A DNA stretch of 64,000 nucleotides from an uncultured Candidatus Actinomarina sp. Its GTDB lineage: Bacteria; Actinomycetota; Acidimicrobiia; Actinomarinales; Actinomarinaceae. The DNA lies in NCBI GenBank assembly GCA_902635945.1, contig CACPPU010000001.1, forward strand, positions 35,098-99,097. The letters are read 5' to 3'. Within the stretch, counting starts at the first letter, position 1. Each line of letters begins with the position of its first letter. Position numbers and translations under genes: made by a program. Shown here piece after piece: positions 28,789 to 39,187 of the stretch. The notes beneath the pieces are model-generated. The model did no database searches, was not told the origin of the DNA, and was given only the letters and a program-made list of their open reading frames with translations.

Positions 28789-30054
28789 TTACTTCACAAC
28801 TGGTATTTGAAGCATATTTGTTGTGTAAGCAGCAGACTTTCTTTCCGACTTCATTCTCCAGTCTTTTTTTATACCCTGTGCTCCCAGTGTCAATGTACTT
28901 GATCCATACTTGCTATTAACGCCGTCCAGTACCTCCATGACGCGGTCTGATTGATCGTAGTTCTCATATTCATAAAAACTATACTGTTCGTTCTCTGCGT
29001 CAGTAATATCTAACAGCATTACACCAATTTTCTGGTATTCATATCCATAGACAAAGAGTTTTCGTGTTAGATGTTTTGCTTCTTTGACAATCTTTGACGT
29101 ATTGCTTGTTGGTATTGAAAAAAATGTACTCATACCGTTGCTATATCTTTTCTCTGGGTTGACAAATGGACTGGTTCTTAAGAATACATACAAGCCTTGG
29201 GCTCTAGAACCCTGGGCTCTCAACTTCTCACACGCTCTAGCAACATAGTTGGAAACAGCTTCCTCTAACTCACTTACTAGCATTACTTTTCTACCAAATG
29301 ACTTAGAGGATATGATGTTTTTCTTATTCTTCACCTCTTCTATGCCAATACAGGAAATCCCATTTAGCTCATGATGTATCCTCTCCCCTACAATGCTGAT
29401 TGTTTTTCTGACATGACGAGCATTTGCCTGTGTTAAATCATAAGCGGTATCTACTCCAATTCTTCGAAGCCTTCTTCCCCATCTTGTTGAGATTCCCCAA
29501 ATCTCTTCAAGTGGTAGGTCTTTTAAAATCTCATCTCTTACACTCTGATCTCGTATATCGAAGACATTAGATGTTGTGTATTTTTTAGCTTGTCTGTTTG
29601 CTACTTTTGCCAATGTCTTTGTTGGGCCTATGCCTATTGAAACTGGAATCCCTGTCCACTGTTTGATTAATCTTCGTATCTCTTGAGCTGTCTCTTCTAA
29701 ATCACAGTAGTAAAAGCTACTAATATCGAGAAACGCTTCATCAATAGAGTAAATCTCTATATCGCTGACAAGAGATTTCAGTGAGGTCATCACTCTGGCG
29801 GACATATCACCATAAAAAGTGTAGTTTGATGAAAATACATGAACTTTGTTTCTATTGATAAGTTGTTTGTATTTAAAGTACGGGGCTCCCATTGGTATGC
29901 CTAAAGCTTTTGCTTCATTTGATCTAGCAACCACGCATCCATCATTGTTAGACAAAACAACAATAGGCTTTCCTTCTAGCTTTGGGTTAAATACTCTCTC
30001 ACAAGACGCATAGAAGTTATTACAGTCCACTAGGGCAAAAATTTTATTATTCAC
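28789..30054 (-). CDS. umuC: Y-family DNA polymerase V subunit UmuC
   Basis: [38 protein letters not shown]-terminal WRMK...S..YTT. Confidence 0.96.
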   Translation of the reverse strand: MNNKIFALVDCNNFYASCERVFNPKLEGKPIVVLSNNDGCVVARSNEAKALGIPMGAPYFKYKQLINRNKVHVFSSNYTFYGDMSARVMTSLKSLVSDIEIYSIDEAFLDISSFYYCDLEETAQEIRRLIKQWTGIPVSIGIGPTKTLAKVANRQAKKYTTSNVFDIRDQSVRDEILKDLPLEEIWGISTRWGRRLRRIGVDTAYDLTQANARHVRKTISIVGERIHHELNGISCIGIEEVKNKKNIISSKSFGRKVMLVSELEEAVSNYVARACEKLRAQGSRAQGLYVFLRTSPFVNPEKRYSNGMSTFFSIPTSNTSKIVKEAKHLTRKLFVYGYEYQKIGVMLLDITDAENEQYSFYEYENYDQSDRVMEVLDGVNSKYGSSTLTLGAQGIKKDWRMKSERKSAAYTTNMLQIPVVK

Positions 30055-30068
30055 TTACTTACTCCTTT

Positions 30069-30086
30069 GAATACTGTACACTATTC
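30069..30086. promoter_or_regulatory. palindromic operator candidate between divergent umuC and umuD
   Basis: GAATACTGTACACTATTC, 16/18 self-complementary. Confidence 0.6.
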
Positions 30087-30109
30087 TAAGAAAAAAGAAA
30101 GACATTTTT

Positions 30110-30625
30110 ATGCCACGAGGTGGAGCAAGAAAAGGAGCCGGTAGACCAAAAGGTCAAGGCAAGTATGGAGAGCAGACAAAAGCTGTCCGTATTCCTGTGA
30201 GTAAGGTGAAGTATATCTCTGAGGTCATCAACAAAGGGCTATACGAAGTACCAATGTATAGTAATAAAGTTGCAGCTGGATTCCCATCCCCTGCAGACGA
30301 CTATTTAGAAGACAAAATAGATTTAAATCAATATTTAGTAAAGCATCCTGCATCAACATTTTTAGTAAGAGCTTCTGGAGAATCAATGATCAATGCTGGA
30401 ATATTTCCTGACGATATCTTAGTTGTAGATAGAAGCTTAAAAGCTGAAGATGGAAAAGTGGTTATTGCTGTTGTAGATAATGAACTGACTGTAAAAAGAT
30501 ATCGTAAAAAAGGTAAAAGAATCATTTTAGAACCAGAAAACGAAGCGTTTGATCCAATTGTGATTGCAGATGAATCTGAAGCATTTGTTTGGGGTGTTGT
30601 AACAAACGTCATTCATAATCTGTAA
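30110..30625 (+). CDS. umuD: UmuD-family S24 autopeptidase with N-terminal extension (UmuDAb-like)
   Basis: VAAGFPSPADDY, GESM, LTVK; N-terminus GGARKGAGRPKG...TKAVRIPVS. Confidence 0.93.
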   Translation: MPRGGARKGAGRPKGQGKYGEQTKAVRIPVSKVKYISEVINKGLYEVPMYSNKVAAGFPSPADDYLEDKIDLNQYLVKHPASTFLVRASGESMINAGIFPDDILVVDRSLKAEDGKVVIAVVDNELTVKRYRKKGKRIILEPENEAFDPIVIADESEAFVWGVVTNVIHNL

Positions 30626-30634
30626 AATAAAAGT

Positions 30635-31534
30635 ATGGTAAACATACTACAAAACGAACCGTCAGATTTTGAAGGTATTAAAGAATGGGACTATAAAGAA
30701 AATTTCTACACATTAAATACTGAGTATGGAGATTTAAGAATTCATTATGTAGATGAGGGATCAGAAAATGATAAAACCGTACTATTGCTTCACGGAGAGC
30801 CTGACTGGGGTTATATTTATAGAAAATTTATTGATCCTTTAGTTGAAAATAATTTAAGAGTTATTGTTCCAGATCTTCCCGGTTTTGGTAAGTCTGACAA
30901 ACTATCTGAAAGAACAGCTTACACATATGAAAAATATGTAACGTGGATGAATGCTTGGCTACGAGATTTAAATCTAAAAAATATAACTCTATTTGGGCAA
31001 GACTGGGGCGGATTAATAGGATTAAGACTTGTTTTAGAAAACCAAGATAAATTCGATAGTGTAGTTTTAAGTAATACTGGATTACCAACAGGTGATGTAC
31101 CACCGGGTGAAGCATTTGAAAGCTGGAAAAATTACTCCCAGACAGTAGAAAATTTCCATGCTGGAGGAATTGTAAAAGGTGGTACTGTTAAAGGAATTGA
31201 GCAATACGTAATTGATGCTTATAACGCACCGTTTCCAGATGAATCTTATAAAGAAGCAGCGAGACAGTTTCCTATGATAGTCCCAGTTACACCAGACGAT
31301 CCAAGTTCGGAAATTAATAGAAACGCATGGAAGGAATTAAAAAAATGGGACAAACCCTTTTTATGTGTTTTTAGTGAACAAGATCATGTATTCAAAGGTG
31401 TTGATAAAGCATTTACTAAAAATGTTCCTGGTTGTAAAAATCAACCGCACAAGACAATTCAAGGTGGACATTTTGTCCAAGAAGATAACCCAGAAGAGTG
31501 TATTGAAGCAATATTAACTGTTGCTAAGAACTGA
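30635..31534 (+). CDS. haloalkane dehalogenase (alpha/beta hydrolase)
   Basis: IHYVDEG, LLHGEPDW, GFGKSDK, GQDWGG, GGHFVQED. Confidence 0.92.
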   Translation: MVNILQNEPSDFEGIKEWDYKENFYTLNTEYGDLRIHYVDEGSENDKTVLLLHGEPDWGYIYRKFIDPLVENNLRVIVPDLPGFGKSDKLSERTAYTYEKYVTWMNAWLRDLNLKNITLFGQDWGGLIGLRLVLENQDKFDSVVLSNTGLPTGDVPPGEAFESWKNYSQTVENFHAGGIVKGGTVKGIEQYVIDAYNAPFPDESYKEAARQFPMIVPVTPDDPSSEINRNAWKELKKWDKPFLCVFSEQDHVFKGVDKAFTKNVPGCKNQPHKTIQGGHFVQEDNPEECIEAILTVAKN

Positions 31535-32222
31535 CCTTTGCCTTACCCCAGTAGTTGTAACCAAGAAATTTTTGAGTTCCAGGAAGATAAATATTATTTA
31601 AATCAAGAAATTGAAATCCACTATCTGAAATTAATTGTTCAATGTTTCTGTTAGTGTGGCAACCGCCAGCGATTTTAGGATAAAAGAAGTCAGTTATGTT
31701 TTGAATAAATGAAACTCTTTTGTTAGGTGATAATCCATGTTCACTAAATATAAATACACCATCATCCTTCAAAACTCTTTTAATTTCCTGTAGTGTTTTT
31801 TCAGGCTCTGGAATAGAACATAATGCATAAGTACTTACTACAGTATCAATAGAATTAGTTTCTACTGATAAACTGCTTGCAGATTCGATTAAGAATTCAA
31901 CATTTAAGTTATTCTTCTCTGCTCGTTTTTGTGCAATTTGATTTAACTCTTTTGACGGATCAATACCTAAGATACTTGTTACTTTTTGATTATCATAATG
32001 TTTTAGATTTGATCCAGGTCCTATTCCAATCTCCAAGACTTTTCCACTTGCTTCAGGAATAACCTTTTTTCTTTGATAGTCTATCGGCCTTGAATTGCAT
32101 GTTAAGTTCAGGACATAAGGTAGGATCTTTTTTTCATAGAATGATTTACTTATTAATCGAATAAGAGGAAAAACAATAAATAAAGAAATATTTGAAATCA
32201 ATAAGTAAATATATTTCTTCAC
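31524..32222 (-). CDS. class I SAM-dependent methyltransferase
   Basis: VLEIGIGPGSN, DTVVSTYALCSIP, EHGLSP, GGCHTNR. Confidence 0.92.
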   Translation of the reverse strand: MKKYIYLLISNISLFIVFPLIRLISKSFYEKKILPYVLNLTCNSRPIDYQRKKVIPEASGKVLEIGIGPGSNLKHYDNQKVTSILGIDPSKELNQIAQKRAEKNNLNVEFLIESASSLSVETNSIDTVVSTYALCSIPEPEKTLQEIKRVLKDDGVFIFSEHGLSPNKRVSFIQNITDFFYPKIAGGCHTNRNIEQLISDSGFQFLDLNNIYLPGTQKFLGYNYWGKAKVSS

Positions 32223-32226
32223 CTAC

Positions 32227-32736
32227 TTATTCGTGCCCTCCTCTTGGAACTCCCCCGTACTTCATGCGTGTATCTCCCATGTACGCGACTCTTTCTTCAG
32301 GTGTTAATGTTTTACAATTAATAATTTCACCGACAAAGAACGTATGAGTACCAAAATCTATTTTTTGTTCAGTTTTTAGTTCTAACCAAACAGTTGCATT
32401 ATCAAATATAGGAACTGAATTTTCAGTTAAAGTAATTGGTTCTTTATTTAGATAGCCTTCAGAATATTCTGCAGGTTTAGAAAATTTAACAAAAACTTTT
32501 GTGTACTCAGGTGAAAACATGTTGATAGTAAAAAAATCACTTTGATCCATTAAATTAAAAGTAACACTTTTATTATCTATACCTACACCGATCAATGGTG
32601 GATCCATACTTACTTGGGTTATCCAACTTGCAGTCATACCATTGAACTCTCCATTAGCGTGACTTCCAATTATGCCTAGTGGACTAGGAATCTTCCACGT
32701 TGCTACATTAATACTTTCTGGTGTCAGATCATCCAT
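32227..32736 (-). CDS. flavin reductase family protein
   Basis: NGMTASWITQVSMDPP, GTHTFFVGEI. Confidence 0.93.
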   Translation of the reverse strand: MDDLTPESINVATWKIPSPLGIIGSHANGEFNGMTASWITQVSMDPPLIGVGIDNKSVTFNLMDQSDFFTINMFSPEYTKVFVKFSKPAEYSEGYLNKEPITLTENSVPIFDNATVWLELKTEQKIDFGTHTFFVGEIINCKTLTPEERVAYMGDTRMKYGGVPRGGHE

Positions 32737-33777
32737 TTACAAACAACTTTTAATAAATTTTATAGTTTCTATATCTAATGGGATTGCTATAGACAATTCG
32801 GTAACGTTACAGTTCTTCCAATCTTCAAGCTTTTCTTTTATTCGTTCTTTAGAGCCAACAAGGGTTAAGTCATCAAGCAATTCATCAGGAAAAATTGATT
32901 CTGCTTCTGCTTTTTCACCTTTTAGATACAACTCCTGAATCTGTGTAGCGATTTCCTCATAGCCATATTCACACATCAAATTAAAATAAAAGTTTTTATC
33001 TTTTGCTCCCATACCGCCAACATAAAGTGTGTAATTGTTTCTAGCGGGTGCGAGATATGCATCTCTCTCAGATTCGTCACAAACTTTTGCAAATACTGGA
33101 GCAGATATTTGAAATTTTTCTTTTTTGTTTGGATCACCTGATTTTTCGAAACCTTTTTCTAAAAATTGATTAAAAAATTTATCACCAAGAGTCGGTGAAT
33201 ACATGAAAGGAAGCCATCCATCTGCAATCTCTGCTGTAAGCTCAATATTTTTTGGACCAATAGCTGCAAGATAAATTGGAATATCACTTCTTAAAGGTTG
33301 TTCAATAAGCTTCAATGGCTTTCCTAAACCGGAAGCGTCATCACCTTTATAAGGCAGGTTATAATACTCCCCTTCAAATGAAGTTTTGCTATCTCTTTGT
33401 AATATGTCTCTAACTATCTGAACATATTCTCTTGTTTTCTTTAATGGTTTTCCATAAGCAACACCATGCCAACCCTCAACAACTTGTGGACCAGAAACCC
33501 CAATCCCCAATCTAAATCTACCACCAGAGAGTTTATCTAAAGTAACGGCTGTCATTGCAGTCATAGCAGGAGACCTACCAGGAATCTGCATAATGCCAGA
33601 TCCTAGTTTTAATTTCTCTGTTAATGCGGCAAAATATGAAAGTGGGGTGACTGCGTCATATCCATATGCTTCAGCTGTCCAGATACAAGATATACCTATT
33701 TCATCCAATTCTTTGATTAAAGATTTTTCACTTGATATATGAGGACCAAAATACCCAACATTTACACTTACTTCCAT
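32737..33777 (-). CDS. LLM-class F420-dependent oxidoreductase
   Basis: WTAEAYGYDA, LDKLSGGRFRLGIGVSGPQVVEGWHG, AAIGPKN, EIADGW. Confidence 0.94.
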   Translation of the reverse strand: MEVSVNVGYFGPHISSEKSLIKELDEIGISCIWTAEAYGYDAVTPLSYFAALTEKLKLGSGIMQIPGRSPAMTAMTAVTLDKLSGGRFRLGIGVSGPQVVEGWHGVAYGKPLKKTREYVQIVRDILQRDSKTSFEGEYYNLPYKGDDASGLGKPLKLIEQPLRSDIPIYLAAIGPKNIELTAEIADGWLPFMYSPTLGDKFFNQFLEKGFEKSGDPNKKEKFQISAPVFAKVCDESERDAYLAPARNNYTLYVGGMGAKDKNFYFNLMCEYGYEEIATQIQELYLKGEKAEAESIFPDELLDDLTLVGSKERIKEKLEDWKNCNVTELSIAIPLDIETIKFIKSCL

Positions 33778-33789
33778 AGGTATAGGATA

Positions 33790-34302
33790 CTATAAATTTA
33801 CTTCAATAAATTCATCATGAGTTATCAAACTGTGCATTTGAATATCGTGACTTTCAGATGGAATTTCATTTATTAAATGATTTTTATCTGTAATACCAAT
33901 AAATGTAGATGTTGAATGGCGAGATAAAAGCTGATCATAAATACCCCTACCCTTGCCTAGCCTAGTACCTTTTTTATCAAATCCGAGTCCTGGGACTAAA
34001 AATATGTCTACTTTATCAATTATTTTTAAATTAATTGGTTGAAAAACATTAAAACTGTTTTTTTCTAACGGTTCCTCATAAATGCATATTTTTGTTTCTC
34101 CATCTTCAAGGCATGTTGTTGCCAAAACTGACTGACCCTTTAGATGCATGTTTATGTTAACTTCGTTTTCAAGAGGAATATACGTACATACAATCTTATC
34201 TTTAATAACATTTTGTAGCCTATCAATAACTATCTGAGTGTATTCAGCATTGACCAATGAAATTTCTTTTAGTTTCTTCCTTAATTCTATTTTTTCTAAC
34301 AT
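33790..34302 (-). CDS. 5-formyltetrahydrofolate cyclo-ligase
   Basis: LVPGLGFDKKGTRLGKGRGIYD, ESHD. Confidence 0.93.
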   Translation of the reverse strand: MLEKIELRKKLKEISLVNAEYTQIVIDRLQNVIKDKIVCTYIPLENEVNINMHLKGQSVLATTCLEDGETKICIYEEPLEKNSFNVFQPINLKIIDKVDIFLVPGLGFDKKGTRLGKGRGIYDQLLSRHSTSTFIGITDKNHLINEIPSESHDIQMHSLITHDEFIEVNL

Positions 34303-34340
34303 AATTTATTATCTAGATAGTTCTACATTACACTTACAAC

Positions 34341-35072
34341 ATGTTGAAGAACAAATTACTTACATGGTTCAATCTGTTAATCATGGGTATTTACACCATT
34401 CCAGTTGCATACTCAATTTGGTTTGTAGGTCTTTTTAACAAATTCACAAAAGCTAAATATTACATAGCACAAAGCTGGACGATACCTTGGATGTGGGCTG
34501 CGAGATCAAAGGTAACGTTGATTAAAAATTACGATTATAAAAAAAATCAGCCTTATGTTGTTATTTCAAATCACTTATCAAATTTAGATCCGATGATGCA
34601 ATTTCGATATCTTAAAATAAAGTGGGTGTTTATGGCAAAAAAAGAAGTGTACAAACTGCCATTCTTTAGAACTGCTGCAAAGTCTTTTAATTTTATAAAA
34701 GTTGATAGATCAGATAAAAATGATAGAAAAAGTATAAATGAGCAAGCAAAAACTCTATTTAATAATGGATGGTCGCTTATGGTCTACCCTCAAGGAACAA
34801 GAGCAAAGAAAGATAATTTTTTACCTTTCAAAAGTGGTGCTTTTCATATTGCGTTAGATAATAATATCCCAATCCTTCCTGTTGTCATTGCTGGAACTGG
34901 TGACATATGGCCAAGAGGTGGAAAATTTATGACTAGTGGTAAAGCAATCATCAATACGCTGGAACCAATAGATATTTCAAAATATACAAAAGAGACTATC
35001 GATGAATTAGTTGAAGAAACATATAAAAAAATGTCTAATGTGTATAAAGAATTAACTGCCTCCATAAAATAA
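34341..35072 (+). CDS. plsC: 1-acyl-sn-glycerol-3-phosphate acyltransferase
   Basis: NHLSNLD, YPQGTR, FKSGAF. Confidence 0.92.
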   Translation: MLKNKLLTWFNLLIMGIYTIPVAYSIWFVGLFNKFTKAKYYIAQSWTIPWMWAARSKVTLIKNYDYKKNQPYVVISNHLSNLDPMMQFRYLKIKWVFMAKKEVYKLPFFRTAAKSFNFIKVDRSDKNDRKSINEQAKTLFNNGWSLMVYPQGTRAKKDNFLPFKSGAFHIALDNNIPILPVVIAGTGDIWPRGGKFMTSGKAIINTLEPIDISKYTKETIDELVEETYKKMSNVYKELTASIK

Positions 35073-35093
35073 TAAAAAACTTACAATACGAAT

Positions 35094-35609
35094 ATGAACA
35101 TCTTAGTAGCAGCTCTTTCAATTTTTTTATTAAGATTATTGGACCAAACATTAGGCACGTTAAGAGTACTTTATGTAAATAAAGGAAAGCCAGTCTTCGG
35201 TGCTGTTCTAGGATTTGTCGAATCAGCTATATGGGTAGTAGCTATTTCAAGAGTAATACAAGACTTAAATGATCCATTATTGATTTTTGGCTATGCGCTT
35301 GGGTTTGCATCAGGAACAATTATGGGATCTTACATTGAAAACACAATAGCGATTGGTGATATTGTTGTGAGAATATTTGCACCCAAAGATAGTGACAGCA
35401 TGCAAGTAGCCGAAGAATTAAGAAAAAATGATTTTGGTGTAACAATTATTAATGGAGAAGGCATGCAAGGAGAAGTCAGTATCGCATGGTGCGTAACTCC
35501 AAGAAAAAAACTTAAACAAGTGTTAAAGATTGTATCAGAAATCAATCCTGATGCTTATGTAACGACAGAGCCTACAAATCCAACTAAATTAACTGGAAAT
35601 AGAAAGTAA
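35094..35609 (+). CDS. DUF2179/DUF5698 membrane protein
   Basis: LGTLR, GFVE, YALGFASG, FGVTIINGEG, PDAYVT. Confidence 0.88.
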   Translation: MNILVAALSIFLLRLLDQTLGTLRVLYVNKGKPVFGAVLGFVESAIWVVAISRVIQDLNDPLLIFGYALGFASGTIMGSYIENTIAIGDIVVRIFAPKDSDSMQVAEELRKNDFGVTIINGEGMQGEVSIAWCVTPRKKLKQVLKIVSEINPDAYVTTEPTNPTKLTGNRK

Positions 35610-35610
35610 C

Positions 35611-37914
35611 CTAGAGTCCCTTTTCAAATTCATCTTCAAAAGAAACTCTTTTTCTGTTTGAAGACTTTCCCCCATTGTCTGATTTTTTATCTCTACCGTT
35701 TCTATTACCATTTCTAGATCTGGAAGGTTTTCTATCACGAGAATTTTTTGAATCTCCGCCTTCTGCTTCTTCAGGGATTTCTAAATCTTCAACTGGCGAA
35801 AGACTTACTTTTCCATTTTCAATTGAATCTACATTGACTTTAATTTTGTCTCCAACTGATACAACTGCTTCAGTATTATTTACTCTTTTAGATGAGTGAA
35901 ATTTTGATACATGCAATAAACCATCTCTACCTGGAAGAATATTTATGAAAGCTCCATACGTTGCAACACTTACAACTTCTCCATCATATTGTGCCCCAAC
36001 TTCTGCTTCAGGTGGATCGATTATTAACATAACCATTTCTTTACCAGCTGCTATTGCTTCTTCTTCAGTTGACCCAAGTGTTAAAATACCATCATCATCA
36101 ATTTCGACAGAACATCCAGTTTCTTCCTCGATTTTCTTGATATTTTTACCTTTTGGACCAATGACTTCACCAATTTTGTCTTTAGGTAATTCGATAGTTT
36201 CTAGTCTTGGTGCATTACCAGAAAGACTTTCTGCTGGTTCAGCAATAGTGTCTTCCATAATGTCTAGTATGTGATGTCTTGCATCCATAGCTTGATTTAA
36301 TGCTTTTCTTAATACATCAGCAGGCAGACCTTCTATTTTCATATCTAGTTGTAATGCTGTAATGACATTTCTTGTTCCAGCAACTTTAAAATCCATATCC
36401 CCAAGTGCATCTTCAGCACCCAAGATATCTGTGAGAGTAACATAGGTATCATCTTTAGAAATTAGTCCCATTGCGATACCTGCAACATGTTCTCTAATAG
36501 GAACACCTGCAGCCATTAATGACAAACTGGATGCACATACTGAAGCCTGAGAAGTAGATCCATTTGAAGAAATTGCTTCACTTACAACTCTGATAGTGTA
36601 TGGAAAGTCAACTTTTGGAGGAATAACAGGTACCAATGCTTTTTCAGCCAAAGCACCATGACCAATTTCTCTTCTCTTTGGGCCTCTCATTGGGTAAGCT
36701 TCTCCTGTTGAGTATGGAGGGAAATTATAATGATGCATATATCTTTTTGATGTAACTGTATCAATAGTATCTAACATCTGTTCAAGCCTTGACATACCTA
36801 AAGTTGTAACATTCAGAACCTGTGTTTCTCCTCTTAAAAATAATGAAGAACCATGAACAGTTGGAAGTAAGTTTATCTCAGCAGATATATTTCTAATATC
36901 AGTTGGAGTTCGTCCATCTAATCTAGCTCCACCACTTAAAACTCTATCTCTCACTGTGTTTTTAACAATAGACTTGAAAGCTAATTTAATTGCTTTAGTA
37001 TTGTCATCATCTTCATTTAAGAATTTCTCAATAGCTTGCTCTTCAAGAGAACTTTGCTTTTCACTTCTTTCGGATCTAACTGTTATAGCCATTGCTGTTT
37101 CAATGTCTGAACCAAATGCTTCACTAATTTGTGACTTTAGCTCTTCTGAGTAGTCTTCAATAATAGGCCAGTCAACCTCAGGTACATCTCTCTTAGCAAC
37201 TAATTCTTTTTGAGCTTCTATTAATTTCGAAATAAATTCTTTGGACATATCAATTCCATCAGCAACAATATTTTCAGATGGTGCAGTACTACCTTCATCA
37301 ATTTTATTAAAAGCGTTGTCTGTTGCTCCAGCCTCAACCATTACAATATCTATTTCGCCTTTAGGGTTTAGGCTTCCTGCAACAACCATATCAAAAACTG
37401 ATTCTTCTAATTCAGTATTTGTAGCTTGAACTACCCAGTTGTCATTAATTAAAGACATTCTCACAGCACCTACAGCTGACTCAAGTGGAACCCCTGCTAA
37501 TTGAAGACCTAATGATGCAGCATTGAGAGCTAAAATATCATATTCATTTTCGTTATCAACACTTAAAACTGTTGCAATTATTTGTGTTTCACATCTAAAA
37601 CCATCTTTAAAAGAAGGTCGCAAAGGTCTATCTATTAATCTACAAGCTAATATAGCTTTTTCCGTTTGCCTACCTTCTCTTCTGAAAAATCCTCCAGGAA
37701 TTTTTCCAGCGGAATACATTCTTTCTTCTACATCCACTGTTAAAGGGAAAAAATCAATACCATCCCTTACACTTTTGTTAGCAACTGTTGTCACTAAAAC
37801 TGTGGTATCACCTGATGTAACAACTACAGAACCAGGTGCTTGCAGAGCTAATTTACCTGTTTCAAATCCAATTTCTGCATTACCAATGTTTACTTTTACA
37901 TTATCGATCGACAT
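35611..37914 (-). CDS. pnp: polyribonucleotide nucleotidyltransferase
   Basis: FFPLTVD.EER, RREIGHG.LA, GDMDFKVAG, KH and S1 domains. Confidence 0.98.
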   Translation of the reverse strand: MSIDNVKVNIGNAEIGFETGKLALQAPGSVVVTSGDTTVLVTTVANKSVRDGIDFFPLTVDVEERMYSAGKIPGGFFRREGRQTEKAILACRLIDRPLRPSFKDGFRCETQIIATVLSVDNENEYDILALNAASLGLQLAGVPLESAVGAVRMSLINDNWVVQATNTELEESVFDMVVAGSLNPKGEIDIVMVEAGATDNAFNKIDEGSTAPSENIVADGIDMSKEFISKLIEAQKELVAKRDVPEVDWPIIEDYSEELKSQISEAFGSDIETAMAITVRSERSEKQSSLEEQAIEKFLNEDDDNTKAIKLAFKSIVKNTVRDRVLSGGARLDGRTPTDIRNISAEINLLPTVHGSSLFLRGETQVLNVTTLGMSRLEQMLDTIDTVTSKRYMHHYNFPPYSTGEAYPMRGPKRREIGHGALAEKALVPVIPPKVDFPYTIRVVSEAISSNGSTSQASVCASSLSLMAAGVPIREHVAGIAMGLISKDDTYVTLTDILGAEDALGDMDFKVAGTRNVITALQLDMKIEGLPADVLRKALNQAMDARHHILDIMEDTIAEPAESLSGNAPRLETIELPKDKIGEVIGPKGKNIKKIEEETGCSVEIDDDGILTLGSTEEEAIAAGKEMVMLIIDPPEAEVGAQYDGEVVSVATYGAFINILPGRDGLLHVSKFHSSKRVNNTEAVVSVGDKIKVNVDSIENGKVSLSPVEDLEIPEEAEGGDSKNSRDRKPSRSRNGNRNGRDKKSDNGGKSSNRKRVSFEDEFEKGL

Positions 37915-37927
37915 ATAACCTCTTTCG

Positions 37928-37987
37928 TGACCAAGGTTATTAATTGTCAGCTTTCAACAAAAGCTCTCAATTAACAACGCAAGGTCA
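37928..37987 (-). promoter_or_regulatory. long stem-loop in the rpsO-pnp spacer (pnp leader, RNase III-site-like)
   Basis: TGACC/GGTCA, TTATTAATTG/CAATTAACAA and AGCTTT/AAAGCT nested inverted repeats. Confidence 0.65.
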
Positions 37988-37993
37988 AATTTA

Positions 37994-38251
37994 TTATCTT
38001 CTTAAGCCAAGTTTATCTATAAGATCACGATACCTTTGTACATCTTGATTCTGAAGGTACTGAAGTAATCTCTTTCTTTTACCAACAAGCATTAATAATC
38101 CTCTTCTTGTGTGGTGGTCTTTTTTATGTGTTTTCAAATGATCTGTTAAATGATCAATTCTATTACTCAATAAAGCAACCTGAACTTCAGCAGAACCAGT
38201 ATCTGTATCGGATTTACCGTATTCTTTTATAATTTCTTGCTTTGTTTTCAT
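37994..38251 (-). CDS. rpsO: 30S ribosomal protein S15
   Basis: [23 protein letters not shown]. Confidence 0.99.
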   Translation of the reverse strand: MKTKQEIIKEYGKSDTDTGSAEVQVALLSNRIDHLTDHLKTHKKDHHTRRGLLMLVGKRKRLLQYLQNQDVQRYRDLIDKLGLRR

Positions 38252-38293
38252 TCGAGATAATAATAGTAGCTGCTACATCTAATGTGAGATTAT

Positions 38294-39187
38294 TTAATTT
38301 TTATTAATATCCTCAATATCTTTAGATATTTGTTGAATTAATTCATCAATACTTGAGAATTTTATTTCATCTCTTATAAATTTTTTAAAATATACTGTTA
38401 AATCAGCGTCGTAAATATCGTCATTAAAATCAAAAATATGTACTTCTAAACTTTGCTTGGTGCCTTCAGACACCGTAGGCTTATATCCGATATTCATAAT
38501 TCCTTCATAAAGATATTCATTTAAGAGCACGTCTACTTTGTATACTCCATTTTTGGGTATTTGAATACTCTTATCAATGTTCAAATTTGCAGTAGGAAAT
38601 CCTATCTGAGAACCTCTTTGATCACCTTTGATAACAGTTCCTATTAAAGAATATTCATAACCCAAAGCTTCATTAGCCTGTTCAACAAAACCTTCACTCA
38701 AAAATGACTTAATCAAGGTTGAAGATATTTTTTCATTATTGTGTTCATAATCAGGAATAGTATTTACTGAATCTTCACCAAAATATTTAATTAAGTAATT
38801 TACGTCACCCTCACGGTTTGCACCAAATTTAAAATCATTACCTACATAAATATTTTTAGCTTTCATATTGTTTTTTAACATCTCACAAAAAGTTTTAGGT
38901 GAATACTTCATTACATGTTCAAAATTAATAAATACTAAATTACTAGGTTCAAATTTTTTGAATAATTCAATCTTCTCATTATTAGTTGTTAATAACATAT
39001 GTTCATTATTGAAGTATTTTTTTGGAAGTGTATCAAAAGTAACTATTTGAAATAAATTACTTGATTCTTTTGTATATTTTAATAGTTCCTGATGGCCTAA
39101 ATGTAATCCATCAAATCCACCGATACACACAGCTGGAATATCATCATCAATATAATTGTCGGAAGTAAAATTTTCATATATTCTCAT
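38294..39187 (-). CDS. ribF: bifunctional riboflavin kinase/FAD synthetase
   Basis: GGFDGLHLGH, ISST, GFPTAN, LEVHIFDF. Confidence 0.96.
   Translation of the reverse strand: MRIYENFTSDNYIDDDIPAVCIGGFDGLHLGHQELLKYTKESSNLFQIVTFDTLPKKYFNNEHMLLTTNNEKIELFKKFEPSNLVFINFEHVMKYSPKTFCEMLKNNMKAKNIYVGNDFKFGANREGDVNYLIKYFGEDSVNTIPDYEHNNEKISSTLIKSFLSEGFVEQANEALGYEYSLIGTVIKGDQRGSQIGFPTANLNIDKSIQIPKNGVYKVDVLLNEYLYEGIMNIGYKPTVSEGTKQSLEVHIFDFNDDIYDADLTVYFKKFIRDEIKFSSIDELIQQISKDIEDINKN

Noticed and set aside
30072-30090. E. coli-type LexA box (CTGT-N8-ACAG) upstream of umuD
   Set aside because: Only the CTGT half is present; the different 18-bp palindrome fits better
34303-34340. 6S RNA upstream of the 5-formyl-THF cyclo-ligase gene
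   Set aside because: The spacer is only 38 bp
35675-37918. Plus-strand ORFs of 60-135 aa opposite pnp (similar ones opposite nusA, infB, proS, gap, recA, ftsK)
   Set aside because: Antisense shadows of conserved genes; Ser/Ile/Phe-rich with no motifs
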